Source of the DNA: Octopus sinensis
Lineage: Eukaryota
Assembly (NCBI RefSeq): GCF_006345805.1
Contig: NC_043002.1
Location: 57,102,001-57,166,000 of the forward strand
Reading direction: 5' to 3'
DNA length: 64,000 nt
In this document: positions 60,119-64,000 of the stretch, in pieces
How positions within the stretch are numbered: position 1 is the first letter of the stretch
How the letters are laid out: each line of letters starts with the position of its first letter
Translations under genes and position numbers: made by a program
The notes under the pieces: model-generated
Databases searched by the model: none
What the model saw: the letters and a program-made list of their open reading frames with translations, nothing else
What the model was told of the DNA's origin: nothing

Positions 60119-61839
60119 TATTTCTTTATTACCCACTAGGGGCCACGAAGAGGGAACATTACAAAACATGGGGGACATAAAACAATGCGATTAAAATTAT
60201 GATTAAATGAATGTTAAAATGAAAAAATGATAACATGAAAGCGATGCTAACGGCCCCCTCTCGCCAGCATCACTTACCTTTCCGTTTCCTATCACGATTC
60301 CAAAGTTTTTCACCTCACCTTTCATTTCTCTCTCATATCTCTCTATCATATCATCCTTCATAATGCTGATAAACAATTTATACGTAGTTCATTGCACTTG
60401 CTCATCAAAGAGCCCATGAGTTCAAAATCGAATACCGCATAGCTTCCATCCTCATACTCCTGCCATACATCGTCTTCAAAAAGCCTTCTTGCGTTTTCTC
60501 ATCCCCCCTTCCCCACAACACATAAAAAGTAGGACTGGGGCTTTTGTATGTTCTGTGTGTCTGTTTTCGTTTTTCTTGTAGGCGGGGAGTGGGTGGGATT
60601 GCTGTTTGCGGGGGCAGGATGGGTCTCCAAGGGTGTGGGTGGTATTGGGGTGGGTTGGGGCTTCGCACAGTTTTTCCTTTTCTTTCCTTTTCTCTTCTTC
60701 TGCCCTCCTCACACTTTTTTGCATCTCCTCCTCCTCTGTCATTTCCCTTTCCGTCTGCTTCTCTTTAATTTCTTCTTCTTTTGGGGCCTCCTCTTTTGGA
60801 GTTTCCTCAACGATTTCCTTTTCTCTTGGTGGGGGAGGGCAGAACGCTCTTATGTGGCCCCTCAGGCCACACTTGTAACAACGTGGAGCTCTGCCCTCCA
60901 CCCACACTCTCATAATCACGTCTCCCAATTTAATGCTCTCCGCCAGGTCCACCAGTACCTCGCTCTCCGCCTGCACGTTCAGCTCCACTATTACGCCTCT
61001 CCAGCCCTCGGTCTTGACCGAGGCATGGAGAATATCTACTTTCTCTCGTGGCGCTGATCACAGCCGCCACAATCCACTCAGCCTCCACGTTTGGTGGCAC
61101 TCCTCCACCCTTACTCGTGTGATCCTTCTATTCAAGTACATAGGTAAAAGTGTTACCCTTTCTGACTTCACCGCCTTCACCGCCATCCTCCTCGCTGCAG
61201 TCTCACTTTTAAAATGCACCACTACAGTACCGTACTTCGATCCTCGAGTCAGGAAAATGATTTCCTCCTCCGATCTTCTCAGGGCCTCCTCTATCCATTC
61301 CATGTTTACGATCTCTATTTTCTTTCTTTCGTTCACGAACACCCTGTAAATTATGGTCCTCTTATTGTACCATTCCTTTCTCTTTGGTGGTGGTTCCAGT
61401 TCCACCTCGCCGCTGTCCTTCCTCATATACCTCTGGAAACCTGGCAATTTTTCTAGGTTTATTTCTTTTTCCTGTTCCGTCTTCTTTTTTGCAACTCCTG
61501 CGTACGTTTTCCTGTTTTTTTTTCTCCACATTATTTACATCACCGATTTGCTCGTCTTCAGAGTTCGATGTCTCCGACAAGCTCTCAAATATCCATTCTT
61601 CCTCCCCGACTCCTCCACTAGGGAGTGGTCATCCATCTCCTCCCGCCTGACAGGCCAAAACGGCCGTCAAAACAGAAAAAATGCAACGCGCAGAACCAGT
61701 GGAACGCGAAACCGCTTTAACGACGCCGTTCAAAATTTCCACAACAACAACAACAATTCTTTTTGATCTTTTTTACCGAATTTTACGAGCGTAAAAAAAC
61801 ACGACCGAACTCAAACTGACGAACAGACAACTGATCCGC
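60119..61839 (-). mobile_element. Complete ORF1-only (RT-less) non-autonomous LINE derivative with 16-bp TSD
   Basis: gggacacatgttggtc is repeated at 60103-60118 and 61840-61855. The 5' end has gaTCAGTTg and a CpG-rich UTR; ORF1 has a CCHC knuckle; the 3' end is gcccctagtgggtaataaagaaata. No endonuclease or RT motifs occur between ORF1 and the tail. Confidence 0.85.
60476..61636 (-). pseudogene. LINE ORF1 (gag-like) protein, about 390 aa if three frameshifts are repaired
   Basis: Segments MDDHSLVEE / SETSNSEDEQ / TYAGVAKKK...GSKYGTVVVHFKSETAARR (RRM-like) / RCYKCGLRGHIRAFC (CX2CX4HX4C) / E-K-rich tail. Confidence 0.8.
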
Positions 61840-62427
61840 GGGGACACATGTTGGTCGAGATACGAAGGCCAACAGAATGGTTTAAGAAGCAGCAGGTCGC
61901 AGGAGAGAGAGAAAGAGAGACAGAGAGAGAGGGAATCAAAGAGGGTGGAAGGCAGGGGACAGAATCAGTGACCAAGAGAAAAGGAGAAAGAAGGGATTAA
62001 GGAGGATGGGAAAGATCCAGAGAAGGGAAGACAGAGGGGAAAAAATCGCCAACGGTACACACGCAGTCATATTTTGAAAGACCATAAATATATATATGCA
62101 TATGTGGGCACAGGACGTCACAAATCATAAACAACAAAAAATACGAAGTATGAGTGCATTGTAAAGCACAAATGGAAAACAAGACAAACAACATAAAGAA
62201 CGACCCTTCATCAGTTTCGAGCATTTCACGAGATATGCCTTCGATAAAACAGCTGCTCCTGCAAAGCAAATTAAATAAAATTTGGGATTTTGCGGAGAGT
62301 CAAAATTGTCAACAAAAACAGAATAGTGAAAACAAATAGGAAGGGCTGCTAAGCCTAAACGAGGTTGTGGTGGTGAATGTGTAAAAACAAGCTTGGACAT
62401 ATATATATATATACATTTATATATACA

Positions 62428-62463
<36 letters not shown>

Positions 62464-62706
62464 TGTTTATTTTGTTTATTTCCGTAAACCTGCCTTCGTC
62501 TTTTGTCTATTTTCATAAAGCTTCCCGTTATATATATATATATATATGTAATAACAATTTAATAAATAAAACATATGCATACATACATACATATATGTAC
62601 ATACCTACATCTATATGTATATATACATGCGTATATGAGTACAGGACACCACAAATAAACGTAGAATACAACGAGAAACGAAAACATAAAACCAAACAAG
62701 GAAACG

Positions 62707-62762
<56 letters not shown>

Positions 62763-62856
62763 GGTGTGTGTGTGTGTGTGTGGTGTGTGTGTGTGTGTGT
62801 GTGTGTGTGTATTTGAATACATATATGGTGTAGCTGCTAATTTAATATGCACTAGC

Positions 62857-62894
<38 letters not shown>

Positions 62895-63846
62895 TAATAA
62901 TAATAATAATAATAAAAATAATAATACTGAAACTCAGTGCCATTATGTTCGATTAGACACAGGTATATTGCTGACTAGTATGAATAGGGCTCTAAACATC
63001 TTTCCAACAAACTCCCAGTCTTGTGTCAGTGTAAGCTTTAGCAGTTTCTGAGCAATTACGAAGTCAAGCATTGAACGGTTGAAATCGGTTTATAATAAAC
63101 CAACCTTACATACTACTTTCAATTTCCAAGGGAAGTCATTTGAATTTTTGCGAGTATGGTAACATTCTCGCCTTTGCCTAGAACGTTCCTTCTCAAAAAC
63201 TTTTAACTATTGCTTCGACTTTCAGGGCCACCTTTGCAATTTTCAGCATCCACTCCTTTTTTTAATCTGCATACATGTAATAACGAGCTGGAGGATTTTA
63301 GTTCTGGGTGAAAGTTTAACACGGATGACTGGCACAATACAACTCCACTATTACATGAGCTGACATTGGTGCATAATCGCTTGAGCTTAGTTCATGATCT
63401 AATCTCTAGTACGAGACTTCGTTCAAATTTAGGCTCAATTTCTTTGTCCTTCATGTTTGTCCATGTAAATATCAATTGAAATTTAATTTCATTTTCCAAT
63501 TTATAGTTGTATTTTCTACTTGTTCACACAGACACACACACACACACACAGACACACACAGACACGTTGGTTTCTCTGATCACGTGTGCCTTGACAGATG
63601 TCTATATAAAAATGTGGGTCGATTATGAGACTAACAGATGACATTGACAGCTAGAATGAACGATGCTCAAGCAATATATACATAATTATATGCACACTAA
63701 AGTCAGGACGTTACCTATCAGGTTACAAGTGTAGTGGCAGCCTCCAATGCATGTATAGGAATATTCACAAATACTGACAATGTCTTTTAAATTATACTTT
63801 TCCAAATACTTTTTATCAACCTCTATGGCTACGATCCATATGCTTG

Positions 63847-64000
63847 TACGTACGTACGTACGTACGTACGTACGTACGTATGTATGTATGTATGTATGTA
63901 TGTATGTATGTATGTATGTATGTATGTATGTATGTATGTATGTGTGTATGTATGTATACACACACATTACACACGCACATATGCAGGTGTGTATGTATGC
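63847..64000. repeat. (TACG)n grading into (TATG)n and CA/GT repeats
   Basis: Directly visible. Confidence 0.93.

Noticed and set aside
62195-62245. Minus-strand GAAA and CTGATGA near each other
   Set aside because: The order and pairing do not give a complete hammerhead; at most a decayed remnant.

Overview
AT-rich eukaryotic genomic DNA. The repeat families and microsatellite load look like an octopus (coleoid cephalopod) genome; this is inferred from recognising repeats, not from a database match. Positions 1 to about 42.5 kb are the CpG-depleted 3' half of a + strand gene with large introns. Supported exons are 35219-35334 and the terminal exon 37983-38687, whose C-terminus resembles the ERM-binding tail of NHERF/EBP50-family scaffolds; a 54-nt tandem-repeat exon at about 7.4-8.07 kb probably belongs to the same gene. 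From about 43 kb to the end is CpG-retaining, repeat-dense sequence. It contains SINEs, Tc1/mariner derivatives, several foldback hairpins, an approximately 8.2-kb imperfect palindrome carrying mirror-placed TAA-targeted R4/Dong-type retroelements, and a complete TSD-flanked 1.7-kb ORF1-only LINE derivative. The most unusual signal is a short element found three times (33.8, 37.3 and 42.6 kb). It joins a tRNA-like Pol III head to a minimal type-I hammerhead ribozyme, and each copy is inserted as an inverted two-arm foldback with a TSD-like duplication, i.e. a candidate Penelope-mobilised, ribozyme-bearing SINE. Most long ORFs in the supplied track are microsatellite artefacts. No searches or folding computations were run. 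Repeat boundaries are approximate (about 10-20 nt) unless a TSD or TIR is quoted, and identity values are estimates by eye.
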